Shown here piece by piece: positions 8,988 to 17,419 of a stretch of DNA of 64,000 nucleotides (position 1 is its first letter; each line of letters starts with the position of its first letter). The notes under the pieces are model-generated. The model worked only from the letters and a program-made list of their open reading frames with translations. It ran no database searches and was not told the origin of the DNA. The DNA comes from a virus, in IMG/VR virus record IMGVR_UViG_3300015050_000902, positions 2,581 to 66,580 of that record; one strand, 5' to 3'. Made by a program: the position numbers and the translations under genes.

Positions 8988-9426
8988 ACCTTCCCCAGCC
9001 TACCGCCCCCGTGCCCAACGCGCGCGTTCTTTAAAAACCGCCGCGCCGGCAACCGCCGCGCCGACGCCGCCCCGCACTCGTCTGATCGAGGGCGACAGCG
9101 CTCACCGCAAGAACTTCCCGATGGTGTCGGGGCTGATCGACTACTTCCCCGACGCGCTGGCGGCGGTGTCGCATGTCTCGTGGGGCGGCAACCAGAAGCA
9201 CAACCCGGGCGAACCGATGCACCACGCCCGCGGCAAGTCAATGGACCACGCCGACTGTATCGCACGGCACCTCACCGAGCGCGGTGGCTACGATGTCATC
9301 ATTATCGATGGTGTTGAACACCGCTTCCGCCACACGGCGGCCCTCGCATGGCGGGCGCTGGCGCTGCTGCAGGAAGAACTCGAACGCGACTTGTCGCTGC
9401 CGCTCCCCAGGGGCGCCAAACTCTAG
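8977..9426 (+). CDS. dATP/dGTP diphosphohydrolase-like protein (DUF5664)
   Basis: FPDALAAV..V...G..KH, D..ARHL, H.AALAWRAL; GGAGG RBS before ATG 8977. Confidence 0.75.
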   Translation: MSRKPSPAYRPRAQRARSLKTAAPATAAPTPPRTRLIEGDSAHRKNFPMVSGLIDYFPDALAAVSHVSWGGNQKHNPGEPMHHARGKSMDHADCIARHLTERGGYDVIIIDGVEHRFRHTAALAWRALALLQEELERDLSLPLPRGAKL

Positions 9427-9439
9427 ACCCGTTCGCGAA

Positions 9440-9454
9440 TTACCGCGACGGTAA
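9440..9454. repeat. TTACCGYNRCGGTAA palindrome (intergenic)
   Basis: ttaccgcgacggtaa. Confidence 0.9.
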
Positions 9455-9477
9455 CGAGCCCGAGGGCCCGGACCAGG

Positions 9478-9885
9478 ATGCCAGAGCCTAAGCAAATGTC
9501 CGAACAGACCCGTCAGGAACTGGAGCGCGGCCGCGTAATCGCTGGCCGCGCGAAACGCAACAGCGACCTCGACCGCTACGTGGCGGGCAAGAAGATCAAA
9601 GTGATGTGCGCGATGCCCGGCCACCCGCTCTGGGAGAACAGGGGCCGAGTGAATTTGTTCTACCTCAACGATGGCGATGCCGACGGCACGCAGCCGATGC
9701 TGGCGCACCAAAACATCATGGACGACGACTATCCGTCGGAGGCCGTGATGGCGACGATCGCGATGGTTGTCGGAGCCACGATCGGCACCGAGGGCATTCC
9801 CGGAGCCGAGACGATTGACAAGGAGACGCGGGATCGCCGCAATGAGTATCGCGACAAGCACCTTGGACACTGGAGAGACAAGTGA
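9478..9885 (+). CDS. Hypothetical protein
   Basis: ORF with phage codon usage; YPS..VMA.I motif resembles the next gene. Confidence 0.65.
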   Translation: MPEPKQMSEQTRQELERGRVIAGRAKRNSDLDRYVAGKKIKVMCAMPGHPLWENRGRVNLFYLNDGDADGTQPMLAHQNIMDDDYPSEAVMATIAMVVGATIGTEGIPGAETIDKETRDRRNEYRDKHLGHWRDK

Positions 9886-10376
9886 AGACGATGCGGCTGA
9901 TGATCGACGACGCCCCGGTCAAAGACGTCAAGGTGGCGCTCGCGAAGGAGCACCACGACCGTGAGCAGACGATCCGCGCGCTCATGGCAAAGGGGCGCTG
10001 CAGCGTGGTGCAGGACAACTGCGCCACCCACATCACCGTGCGCGTGGACACCGAGCACTTCACAGACATCCGCGAGAAATTCCCCACCACCATCCTGATG
10101 GCGAACATCCAGCTGGCCCTCGCTGCCGGGCTGGACGACAGGAACCGGAAGGGTGACCCGTACGACGAGATGTCCAACCACCTGCACGATGCGATGGCCT
10201 ACGGTATCCAGTCCGTCTACCGGGGTGGCCGCAGCGTCGGCAAGTCAGAGGTTCTGGCGATGGGCTACGACGCCCCGGTCTGGACGGACTTCGCGCTGGG
10301 CGACTACCTCTACAACGCCGAGCCGGCGGTTACCGTCACGGTAAAGCAGAAATTCAAAAAGGGGCTACGGCCATGA
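9882..10376 (+). CDS. Hypothetical protein with terminase-like motif fragments
   Basis: GTGA overlap; NHLHDAMAYG and GGRSVGKS segments. Confidence 0.65.
   Translation: MKTMRLMIDDAPVKDVKVALAKEHHDREQTIRALMAKGRCSVVQDNCATHITVRVDTEHFTDIREKFPTTILMANIQLALAAGLDDRNRKGDPYDEMSNHLHDAMAYGIQSVYRGGRSVGKSEVLAMGYDAPVWTDFALGDYLYNAEPAVTVTVKQKFKKGLRP
10330..10344. repeat. TTACCGYNRCGGTAA palindrome (in CDS)
   Basis: ttaccgtcacggtaa. Confidence 0.9.
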
Positions 10377-11080
10377 AGCTCGAAACCCACAGCGCTCCGG
10401 CGCGGAAGGCGACGCAGAAGGAGTGGTCATGGAGCTACTCCAAGCTCAAGAACTTCGAGGTGTGCCCGAAGCGCATGTACGAGGTCGACATCGCCAAGAC
10501 GTTCGCTGACACCGGCGGCGAGGCGCTGGTGTGGGGCAATCAGGTGCACGACGCCCTCGCCAAGGCGCTCAAGAACAACACGCCGCTGCCGAAGGAGATG
10601 GAGGCCTACGCCTATTGGGTCGACCGGGTGCGCCGCGGCACGGGCAAGCTGCTGGTCGAACAGAAGTACGCGATCACGCGGGACTTCAAGGCGACCACCT
10701 ACTTCGCCCCCAACGTCTGGTACCGCGGGATCGGCGACGTGGTGCGGATCAACGACACCGTGGCGCTCGTGCTCGACTGGAAGACAGGCAAAATCCTGGA
10801 AGACAGCGTGCAGCTGATGCTGATGGCGCAATGCCTGTTCAGCCATTTCCCCGAGATCACTCACGTGCGGAGTTCGTTCGTATGGCTGAAGGACGACTGC
10901 GAGACCCCCGAGTTGCTGAGCCGGCAGGAAGTAGCGGACCAGTGGGTCGGCTTGCTCGACCGGGTGAACGGCATGGAGCAGGCAGCGAAGCAGCAGAACT
11001 ATCCGCCCAAGCCCGGGCGCCTCTGCCGCAGCTACTGCCCCGTGACGTCATGCCCGTTTCACGGCAAGGGAGCCCGCTGA
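10373..11080 (+). CDS. Cas4/RecB-like PD-(D/E)XK exonuclease
   Basis: WSYS.L..F..CP, GN.VH, E, D, DWKTGK, QL..A and C-terminal C...CP...C Fe-S ligands. Confidence 0.88.
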   Translation: MKLETHSAPARKATQKEWSWSYSKLKNFEVCPKRMYEVDIAKTFADTGGEALVWGNQVHDALAKALKNNTPLPKEMEAYAYWVDRVRRGTGKLLVEQKYAITRDFKATTYFAPNVWYRGIGDVVRINDTVALVLDWKTGKILEDSVQLMLMAQCLFSHFPEITHVRSSFVWLKDDCETPELLSRQEVADQWVGLLDRVNGMEQAAKQQNYPPKPGRLCRSYCPVTSCPFHGKGAR

Positions 11081-11097
11081 CAAACTACGAGATCAAC

Positions 11098-11487
11098 ATG
11101 CGCAGGCTCGATGCGCAAACACGATGGAGATCACCCGTGGAGAAGAACGACACCATGCCGGGCTGGGGCCCGGGACTGGGCGCGGCAACACAGGCACCGA
11201 AGTCGAAGCCGAAGTGGGAGCGCACGCCGTGGTGGCATTGGCGGCGGCTGCTGGGACAGGCGTGGCGGCTCAGGGATGCCGACAGCCGGCTGGGCTTCGA
11301 TATCGCCTACGAGTATCAGACCCACGGGCAGCGAGCCCGCAACATACTGGAGGAACAATTCAATGTCCGGGACGAGCAACAGGCACCAGACTGGGCCCAC
11401 GGCAATCCGAGCGTTACGAACTCTAAAGGAGAAAGGCTGGCTACCGCCAACCACGGACGTGGCGCTTTTGGTTCGCAAGCTCGATGA
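11098..11487 (+). CDS. Hypothetical protein
   Basis: 3' part of ORF 10531-11487; start uncertain. Confidence 0.4.
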   Translation: MRRLDAQTRWRSPVEKNDTMPGWGPGLGAATQAPKSKPKWERTPWWHWRRLLGQAWRLRDADSRLGFDIAYEYQTHGQRARNILEEQFNVRDEQQAPDWAHGNPSVTNSKGERLATANHGRGAFGSQAR

Positions 11488-11704
11488 AGCTGGCTTCTGC
11501 ATTGTGGATCGCAGTGCGACCTACAAGGCCCCCGAGGGGCGCGGCAACGAGGCCTTCAAAAAGGTGAAGGAGCAACGCCGTGTAGAGCAGGTGGGGAAGC
11601 GGGTTCGTGCCCGACGCGGCAATGAGACGCCGCCGGTTTACACCGGACCCGACTTGATCGGTCAGTCCCACTCTGCGCGGCTTTTGAACGGAGGGCTATC
11701 GTGA
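11363..11704 (+). CDS. Hypothetical basic protein
   Basis: GGAGG RBS before ATG 11363. Confidence 0.55.
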   Translation: MSGTSNRHQTGPTAIRALRTLKEKGWLPPTTDVALLVRKLDEAGFCIVDRSATYKAPEGRGNEAFKKVKEQRRVEQVGKRVRARRGNETPPVYTGPDLIGQSHSARLLNGGLS

Positions 11705-11792
11705 AATTCCAGATCAGGATCAACCTGCGAGCGCTCGAAGGGACCATCCTCTTGGTCATCTTCGCGTTCGCCGTGCTGGGAGTGTTCGGCGC

Positions 11793-12278
11793 ATGGCGCT
11801 AGAGGACCTGCTGCGGGAAGCAGCCACGCGAGGGATCACGCATCTCTCGCTCTCACCGACGCCGAGCGAGGACGGCAAGCGTACCTACTGGCAGGCGCGA
11901 GCCACGCCCTCGACCGAGCACAAATACGTCATGTGCGCCTGCGAGGACCCGGTAGATGCCGTGACGCAGGTGCTGGCCGCGATGGCGAAGGCGCCGAAGC
12001 GCTCCCGCAAGCCCGAGCCGCATCTCGTGCAGAGCCCGGCCAACGCCCTCTACGGGACGATGGCGGCGATCGCCGAGCGGCAGGGGCTCAGCGAAGAGTT
12101 TACCGCCGCGGTAACCGAGCCGCGCCAAACGTTCACCGTGCCGGACGGCTTCACGGCTGCCAGGGACGACGAAGGCCGGGCCACCGGCGAGCTAGTCAAG
12201 ACCGCTCCGGAGCCGGTCGCTTCAGCAGCTCCGCTCAACCTCGAAGAGGAATTTGCTTCATGGCTCCCGAAACCGTAG
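11793..12278 (+). CDS. Hypothetical protein
   Basis: 161-aa ORF coupled to neighbours. Confidence 0.65.
   Translation: MALEDLLREAATRGITHLSLSPTPSEDGKRTYWQARATPSTEHKYVMCACEDPVDAVTQVLAAMAKAPKRSRKPEPHLVQSPANALYGTMAAIAERQGLSEEFTAAVTEPRQTFTVPDGFTAARDDEGRATGELVKTAPEPVASAAPLNLEEEFASWLPKP
12100..12114. repeat. TTACCGYNRCGGTAA palindrome (in CDS)
   Basis: ttaccgccgcggtaa. Confidence 0.9.
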
Positions 12279-12829
12279 CCGCCATCCCGACCGACGTCAT
12301 GATCGACATCGAGACCATGGCGCTCACCCCCGATGCGCTGGTGCTCTCCATCGGTGTCGTCGCGTTCACACCGCGATCACCGACGCTGGCGTTCTCCGGA
12401 CACGAACTGCTGCTCGTGCCGAACTTCATGGATCAGGTCATGCGCGGCCGGCGGATCGACCCGGACACCCAGACGTGGTGGGCATCCCCGCAGCGCGCAG
12501 CAGCGGCAGATCACTGGCTGGCTCCGGCCAAGACCTGCTCGACCGCTGAGACCCTCCGCGCCCTGTCCGACTTTATCCGGACGGAGAAACCGGAGCGTGT
12601 CTGGGCCAACGGTGCCGTGTTCGACATCGGCATTTTGGAGCACCTCTACCGGAGCGCTGGGTTCGTGATCCCGTGGAAGTACAATCAGGTCCGCGACAGC
12701 CGCACCATCCGGCAGGAGCTACCTGCGCTCCCCGACCGCAATACGCCGGTCATGGCAGAAGGGCTTGCACACCACCCGATCGGTGACTGCCGCGTGCAGA
12801 TCGCCGACCTCTGGATCAGGGGCTTCTGA
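12260..12829 (+). CDS. DEDDh 3'-5' exonuclease (DUF5051-like)
   Basis: MIDIET, T..WW, WANG..FD, PW.Y..VRD.RT, HHPIGD. Confidence 0.85.
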   Translation: MAPETVAAIPTDVMIDIETMALTPDALVLSIGVVAFTPRSPTLAFSGHELLLVPNFMDQVMRGRRIDPDTQTWWASPQRAAAADHWLAPAKTCSTAETLRALSDFIRTEKPERVWANGAVFDIGILEHLYRSAGFVIPWKYNQVRDSRTIRQELPALPDRNTPVMAEGLAHHPIGDCRVQIADLWIRGF

Positions 12830-12830
12830 C

Positions 12831-13295
12831 ATGACACCCGAGGGCCGCGTCAAAGCCAAGGTCACCAAAGCCCTCAAGCTGATGGGCAAGGACTGCTGGC
12901 GCTTCATGCCGGTGCAGTCTGGCTACGGCAGCGCGGCCCTCGACTATCTGCTCTGCATCAGGGGGAGGTTCGTGGCCATCGAGACGAAGGCCCCGGGCAA
13001 CAAGCTCACGGCCATGCAGGAAGGTACCAAGGCAGCAATGGAAGCCGCCGGCGGTATCGTCCTCGTGGTGTGGGATGAAGATAGTCTCGCAATCGCAATG
13101 AAGATCATCCTCGCACTGGAGTTCGCACCATATGGCACGTCAGGATCAGGCCGAAACGACACCGTCAATCCCTGTCTACGAGCAGCGGAAGCACAAGGGC
13201 CACAAGAACAACACGTGTGCAAATGGGTCGCTACACAAGAGAATGACCCGGCAGCTGGCGGGGATCATGGCGCACCTGGAGAACCACCCGAATGA
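12831..13295 (+). CDS. VRR-NUC domain endonuclease
   Basis: MTPEGRVK, LDYL.C..GRFVAIETKA, T..Q, AGG.VLVV. Confidence 0.88.
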   Translation: MTPEGRVKAKVTKALKLMGKDCWRFMPVQSGYGSAALDYLLCIRGRFVAIETKAPGNKLTAMQEGTKAAMEAAGGIVLVVWDEDSLAIAMKIILALEFAPYGTSGSGRNDTVNPCLRAAEAQGPQEQHVCKWVATQENDPAAGGDHGAPGEPPE

Positions 13296-13347
13296 CGTCC
13301 TGAGCCGGGCGCGCGTGGCGACGATCAACGAATTACTGCGGCGGTAA
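13132..13347 (+). CDS. Small basic hypothetical protein
   Basis: GGAG upstream; overlaps the VRR-NUC tail; HLENHPND.LS motif. Confidence 0.45.
   Translation: MARQDQAETTPSIPVYEQRKHKGHKNNTCANGSLHKRMTRQLAGIMAHLENHPNDVLSRARVATINELLRR
13333..13347. repeat. Palindrome variant (1 mismatch)
   Basis: ttactgcggcggtaa. Confidence 0.7.
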
Positions 13348-13476
13348 CAATGGAAATCCATGATTGGGACCGCTTCCTCGTATGGCGCCGCGGGCGATGG
13401 TCTCACATGGATCACACTTGGCTCGCGGCACACGGATTGCATCAACCTTTTCACCACCCCCAAACGGAGAACCACC

Positions 13477-13818
13477 ATGGGACAAGCTGACAGACCCGCT
13501 GCCGACGTGCCAATTGATGATGCGCTTTTTGATCGCATCGAGAACGGCCTTAACCAACTCCGCACCGAGCTTCGCAAGGCAATGTCGAAGCACGCGCCAA
13601 TGCACAGCCCCCACGAGGGGCACAGCGTGATCCGCGAAGAACTGGACGAACTCTGGGACCTCGTGAAGATCGACTGCGCTCGCACCATCGAAGGGCGCAA
13701 GGAAGCGCTGCAGGTGGCTGCGATGGGCCTGCGCTTCGCACTCGACCTGTGCGATGCCCCCGACCTGCCGACCCTCCAGGTGCATCAAGCGAGAACCCGT
13801 GTCCCGCACCCGTCCTGA
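13477..13818 (+). CDS. MazG-like NTP pyrophosphohydrolase-fold protein
   Basis: HEG..VI.EE.DELWD..K and EALQVAAM..RF; GGAG RBS. Confidence 0.7.
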   Translation: MGQADRPAADVPIDDALFDRIENGLNQLRTELRKAMSKHAPMHSPHEGHSVIREELDELWDLVKIDCARTIEGRKEALQVAAMGLRFALDLCDAPDLPTLQVHQARTRVPHPS

Positions 13819-14092
13819 CCCGACAACGACGGTTGATCTGACCGACGCGTTCGATCTGGCGGTGGAAGAGGTGACATCTGTTGCACCGCCAGTCCCGGCG
13901 CCGACCGGGCTCTCCGACGAAGAGGATGCGCTGCGCCACATGGCGTTGCGCTTCAACCAGACAATCGAGTGGTGCAACAACTGTGAATGCGCCTACGATA
14001 CCCATACCGATAGCGGCCTGCTCCAGGCCTGCCCTCGCTGCGACGACTGGCTCGACAAAGCCAACAACCCACGCCGAAGAAAACACACATGA
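13754..14092 (+). CDS. Hypothetical protein with C-terminal zinc ribbon
   Basis: CNNC...CPRC; ATGA overlap with helicase. Confidence 0.5.
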   Translation: MPPTCRPSRCIKREPVSRTRPDPTTTVDLTDAFDLAVEEVTSVAPPVPAPTGLSDEEDALRHMALRFNQTIEWCNNCECAYDTHTDSGLLQACPRCDDWLDKANNPRRRKHT

Positions 14093-15660
14093 CCAACGTC
14101 AAAATCTCCCGCAAATTTCAGAAGCTGATCGTGCCGGCCGATGGTAGAGCAGAAGCGCTGTTCCCGTCAGGCGTGCCGATCCCACCCACGGCAGACGATC
14201 CGTGCCCATACCTGATGATCGACCACGAGCTGCGCCACACCATCATGCTGCGCTCGCTGGGCTACCACGTGCCGAACCCGATGCTCTGCTACTACGACTG
14301 GGCCGGTGGCAAGCCGTTCGCCGTGCAGCGCCGCACCGTCGACCTGATGACCACGACCGCGCGCTGCTACGTCCTCAACTCGATGGGCACCGGCAAGACG
14401 AAGGCGACCCTCTGGGCGTGGGATTACCTTCACGGTAACGGCTTTTGCGGCAAGCTGCTCGTCGTCGCGACCCTCTCGACGCTGCGGTTCGTGTGGCAGA
14501 GCGAGGCGTTCCGCACCCTGCCGACGCGCAAGGTGGAAGTGCTGCATGGGACCAAGAAGCAGCGCCTCGAACGTTTGGCCGCGGACGCCGACATCTATGT
14601 GATCAACCACGACGGGCTCCGCACCATCATGCCGGAGCTTCTCGCTCGGACCGACATCGACGTGCTGTGCCTCGACGAAGTCGCGGTATACCGCAATAGC
14701 TCCGATCGGTCCAAGGACATGCGCAAGTTCCAGCAGCGCTTCAAGATCGTGTGGGGCTTGACCGGGCGCCCGATGCCCAACGAGCCAACAGACGTGTGGG
14801 GCATCTCGAAGGTGGTCACCCCCAACACCTCACCGAAGTATTTCCGGCAGGCGCAGGAAATGCTGATGACGAAGATCAACCAGTTCAAGTGGGTGCCGAA
14901 GCCCGAGGCCATCGAGCGCGCCATGGCGATGCTGCAGCCGAACGTCCGGTTCGATCTGGATGCGGTGGTGGAGCTGCCCGAGGTGATCTCACGCACGATC
15001 GACGTGCCGCTCACCTCGATGCAGTCGAAGGTCTACACGACGCTGGCGAAGGAGTTCACTGCCGAGGTCGGCAACGGGCACGTCACCGCGGTCAACGCTG
15101 CGGTCGCGATGGGCAAGCTGCTCCAGGTGTCAGGCGGCTGGGTCTACGCCAACCCGCTGGGCGCGGTGCCGGTGTTCAAGGTGGACGAGCCGATGCCACG
15201 GCATCAGATGCTGATCGACCTGATCAACGAGAACGAGCGCAAGGTGATTGTCTACGTCCCCTATCGCCACGCCATCGACGGGCTCGCCGAAGTCCTCACC
15301 AAGGCGGAGATAGAGTTCGCCGTGGTGCATGGTGAAGTCTCCGGGCGCGGCGACATCTTCAACGCCTTCCAGAACACCGACAAGTACAAGGTGCTGCTGG
15401 CGCACCCGCAGTGCGTTGCCCACGGGCTCACGCTGACAGCGGCGGATACCATCATCTGGTACCTCCCGATCACATCACTGGAAATTTACGAGCAGGCGAA
15501 CGCCCGCATCACTCGCGTCGGGCAGAAGCACAAGCAAAAGGTGCTGCACCTGCAGTCGACGCCGGTGGAGAAGAAAATCTACTCGCTGCTGCAGCGGAAA
15601 CAGAAAGTTCAGGACACGCTGCTGCAGCTGCTGGCAGAGGCTACCGAAGCGAAGCAGTGA
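14089..15660 (+). CDS. SNF2-like superfamily 2 helicase
   Basis: MGTGKT, LDE, LTGRP.PN, HGLTLTAA, QANARITRVGQ. Confidence 0.92.
   Translation: MTNVKISRKFQKLIVPADGRAEALFPSGVPIPPTADDPCPYLMIDHELRHTIMLRSLGYHVPNPMLCYYDWAGGKPFAVQRRTVDLMTTTARCYVLNSMGTGKTKATLWAWDYLHGNGFCGKLLVVATLSTLRFVWQSEAFRTLPTRKVEVLHGTKKQRLERLAADADIYVINHDGLRTIMPELLARTDIDVLCLDEVAVYRNSSDRSKDMRKFQQRFKIVWGLTGRPMPNEPTDVWGISKVVTPNTSPKYFRQAQEMLMTKINQFKWVPKPEAIERAMAMLQPNVRFDLDAVVELPEVISRTIDVPLTSMQSKVYTTLAKEFTAEVGNGHVTAVNAAVAMGKLLQVSGGWVYANPLGAVPVFKVDEPMPRHQMLIDLINENERKVIVYVPYRHAIDGLAEVLTKAEIEFAVVHGEVSGRGDIFNAFQNTDKYKVLLAHPQCVAHGLTLTAADTIIWYLPITSLEIYEQANARITRVGQKHKQKVLHLQSTPVEKKIYSLLQRKQKVQDTLLQLLAEATEAKQ
14424..14438. repeat. Palindrome variant (1 mismatch, in helicase CDS)
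   Basis: ttaccttcacggtaa. Confidence 0.7.
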
Positions 15661-15701
15661 CCTTGCCCGACCGGGCAGAGGCACAAAACAGGGAGACCAC
15701 A

Positions 15702-16181
15702 ATGACTATGATTTCTGAAGCGCCCCCCGCCGAAGTGGCGAACGTGGCGCTGGCTAACGCGACCGGCAACACCCCGGCGCCGGGCACCGCAGCGACGGTG
15801 GACAAGCGGGTGGAACAGTATATCAAGGTGCGCGACGCCATCAAGGCGGCCAACGACGCTCACGAGAATGCGATGAAGCCCCTCGTGGAGCTACAGAATA
15901 TGTTAACCGGTTGGATGCAGAACTTCATGGAACAAGCCGGCGCTGACAACATCAAGACGGCCCACGGCACGTGTTACTCTTCGACGAGATACACGGCCTC
16001 ACTCGCCGACCCCGAGGCGTTTATGAAGCACATCAAAGAGACTGGCAGCTTCGATCTCCTCGATCGCAAAGCGAACGTCACCGCCGTCAAGGACTATGTC
16101 CAGGAGCACGGCAAGCTCCCGCCCGGCGTCAACCTCTCAGCCATCAAGACCGTCGGAGTGCGCCGCGCCTCCGGCAAGTAA
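15702..16181 (+). CDS. Gp157/Gam-like coiled-coil replication-region protein
   Basis: YIKVRD coiled coil, IKT.HGT, DLL..., LPPGV; typical position before SSB. Confidence 0.6.
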   Translation: MTMISEAPPAEVANVALANATGNTPAPGTAATVDKRVEQYIKVRDAIKAANDAHENAMKPLVELQNMLTGWMQNFMEQAGADNIKTAHGTCYSSTRYTASLADPEAFMKHIKETGSFDLLDRKANVTAVKDYVQEHGKLPPGVNLSAIKTVGVRRASGK

Positions 16182-16182
16182 T

Positions 16183-16197
16183 TTACCGTCGCGGTAA
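16183..16197. repeat. TTACCGYNRCGGTAA palindrome (intergenic)
   Basis: ttaccgtcgcggtaa. Confidence 0.9.
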
Positions 16198-16227
16198 CGA
16201 CCCCCAACCTCAACGAAGGACCTACCA

Positions 16228-17415
16228 ATGTCACAAGACTTGATGAACGTCTCCGCGTTCAAGGGCCTCGCGCCCGCTGCGGCATTCGCTGCCGCTCTCG
16301 ACCCACACGCTGAAAGCCTTGCCGATGGCATCGGCAGTTCGTACGGCATCGTCGGCTACAAGGGCAAGGTGTGGAGCCTCCGCTTGCGCGGTGAGACCCA
16401 CATGTTCGTCCGCCCCGATGACGGCTCGCCGGCGGCGTTCCTCGACGTGATCGTGCTGCGCTCGCCGGGCTACAAGTCGAAGAGCTTCTATCCCCCGGGG
16501 ACGTTTCAGGATGGTCAGATCGGCACGCGGCCGACCTGCGCTGCGCTCAACGGCGTGACGCCCGACGCGGACATCGCGGAGCCCCAGAGCAACGCCTGCG
16601 CCACCTGCCCGAAGAACGTGTTCAAGCTGAACGCCGAGGGCCGCAAGACCCGGGACTGCTCCGACTACAAGCGCCTCGCTGTGCTGATCCTGCCGTCGAT
16701 GACGAAGGCTCTGCTCGGTGCGCCGCTGATGGAGCCCGTGTTCCTGCGCGTGCCGGCGGCCTCGCTCAACGACCTCGCCCTGCTCGGTGAGGGCATGTCG
16801 GCGCAGGGCTTCCACTACTCGTCCTACATCACCCGCATCGGGTTCAACCCCGAGAAGCCGCACCCGCAGATGACGTTCCGGGCTCTGCAGCCGTTGACCG
16901 ATCGGGAAGCCCCGCTCGTGCTGCCGCTGCGCGAGGACCAGACCGCCATCCGGATCACGGGCGAGAACGAGACCGCGCCGGTTCGTCCGGCCGGCCAGAC
17001 GATCGCTCCCCAGGAGAACGCCGAGGACAACGCTGCTGCTGCGGCGGCTCAGGCTGCTGCGGCTGCTGCGGCTGCTGCGGCTGCTCAGGCCGCCAAGGAC
17101 AAGGCCGCCAAGGCTGCTGCGGCGAAGGCGGCGAAGGAAGCTGCTGCTGCTGCGAAGGCTGCTGCTGACGCTGCTGCGGCCGCCGCGAACACGGTGGACA
17201 CTGGCTTCGGGGACCTGGGCGGGGAAGTTACCGTCGCGGTAAAGCCCCCGGCGCCGGCGGCTGGGACGGTCGACACTGGCTTCGACGCCGGCGAGCCGAA
17301 CCCGGCCCATACGGCAGGGGCGGCGAGCCCCGGACCCGATGTGAGCGATACGGGGCAGGCTGAGGACGCCGACCTCGATCTCGACGCGCGAGTGGCCGCT
17401 CTCCTGCCGAAGTGA
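16228..17415 (+). CDS. Putative ssDNA-binding/annealing protein with Zn-binding cysteines and Ala-rich/acidic tail
   Basis: P.C...G..PD...C..CP.N...C..KRLAV, LRVPAASL; Ala/Lys linker; acidic C-terminus; between helicase and primase. Confidence 0.65.
   Translation: MSQDLMNVSAFKGLAPAAAFAAALDPHAESLADGIGSSYGIVGYKGKVWSLRLRGETHMFVRPDDGSPAAFLDVIVLRSPGYKSKSFYPPGTFQDGQIGTRPTCAALNGVTPDADIAEPQSNACATCPKNVFKLNAEGRKTRDCSDYKRLAVLILPSMTKALLGAPLMEPVFLRVPAASLNDLALLGEGMSAQGFHYSSYITRIGFNPEKPHPQMTFRALQPLTDREAPLVLPLREDQTAIRITGENETAPVRPAGQTIAPQENAEDNAAAAAAQAAAAAAAAAAAQAAKDKAAKAAAAKAAKEAAAAAKAAADAAAAAANTVDTGFGDLGGEVTVAVKPPAPAAGTVDTGFDAGEPNPAHTAGAASPGPDVSDTGQAEDADLDLDARVAALLPK
17228..17242. repeat. TTACCGYNRCGGTAA palindrome (in CDS)
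   Basis: ttaccgtcgcggtaa. Confidence 0.9.
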
Positions 17416-17419
17416 CGTA

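Noticed and set aside
6475-9426. Z-genome (2-aminoadenine) or 7-deazaguanine system
   Set aside because: No PurZ, DpdA, FolE or QueC-like ORF recognised in the window
10373-11080. Cas4 as evidence of a CRISPR-Cas system
   Set aside because: No repeat-spacer array or other cas genes; stand-alone Cas4-like nucleases are common in phage replication modules
17030-17190. GCT/GCG-rich tandem repeat
   Set aside because: Encodes an Ala/Lys linker in the SSB-like protein; no sign of a DNA-level function
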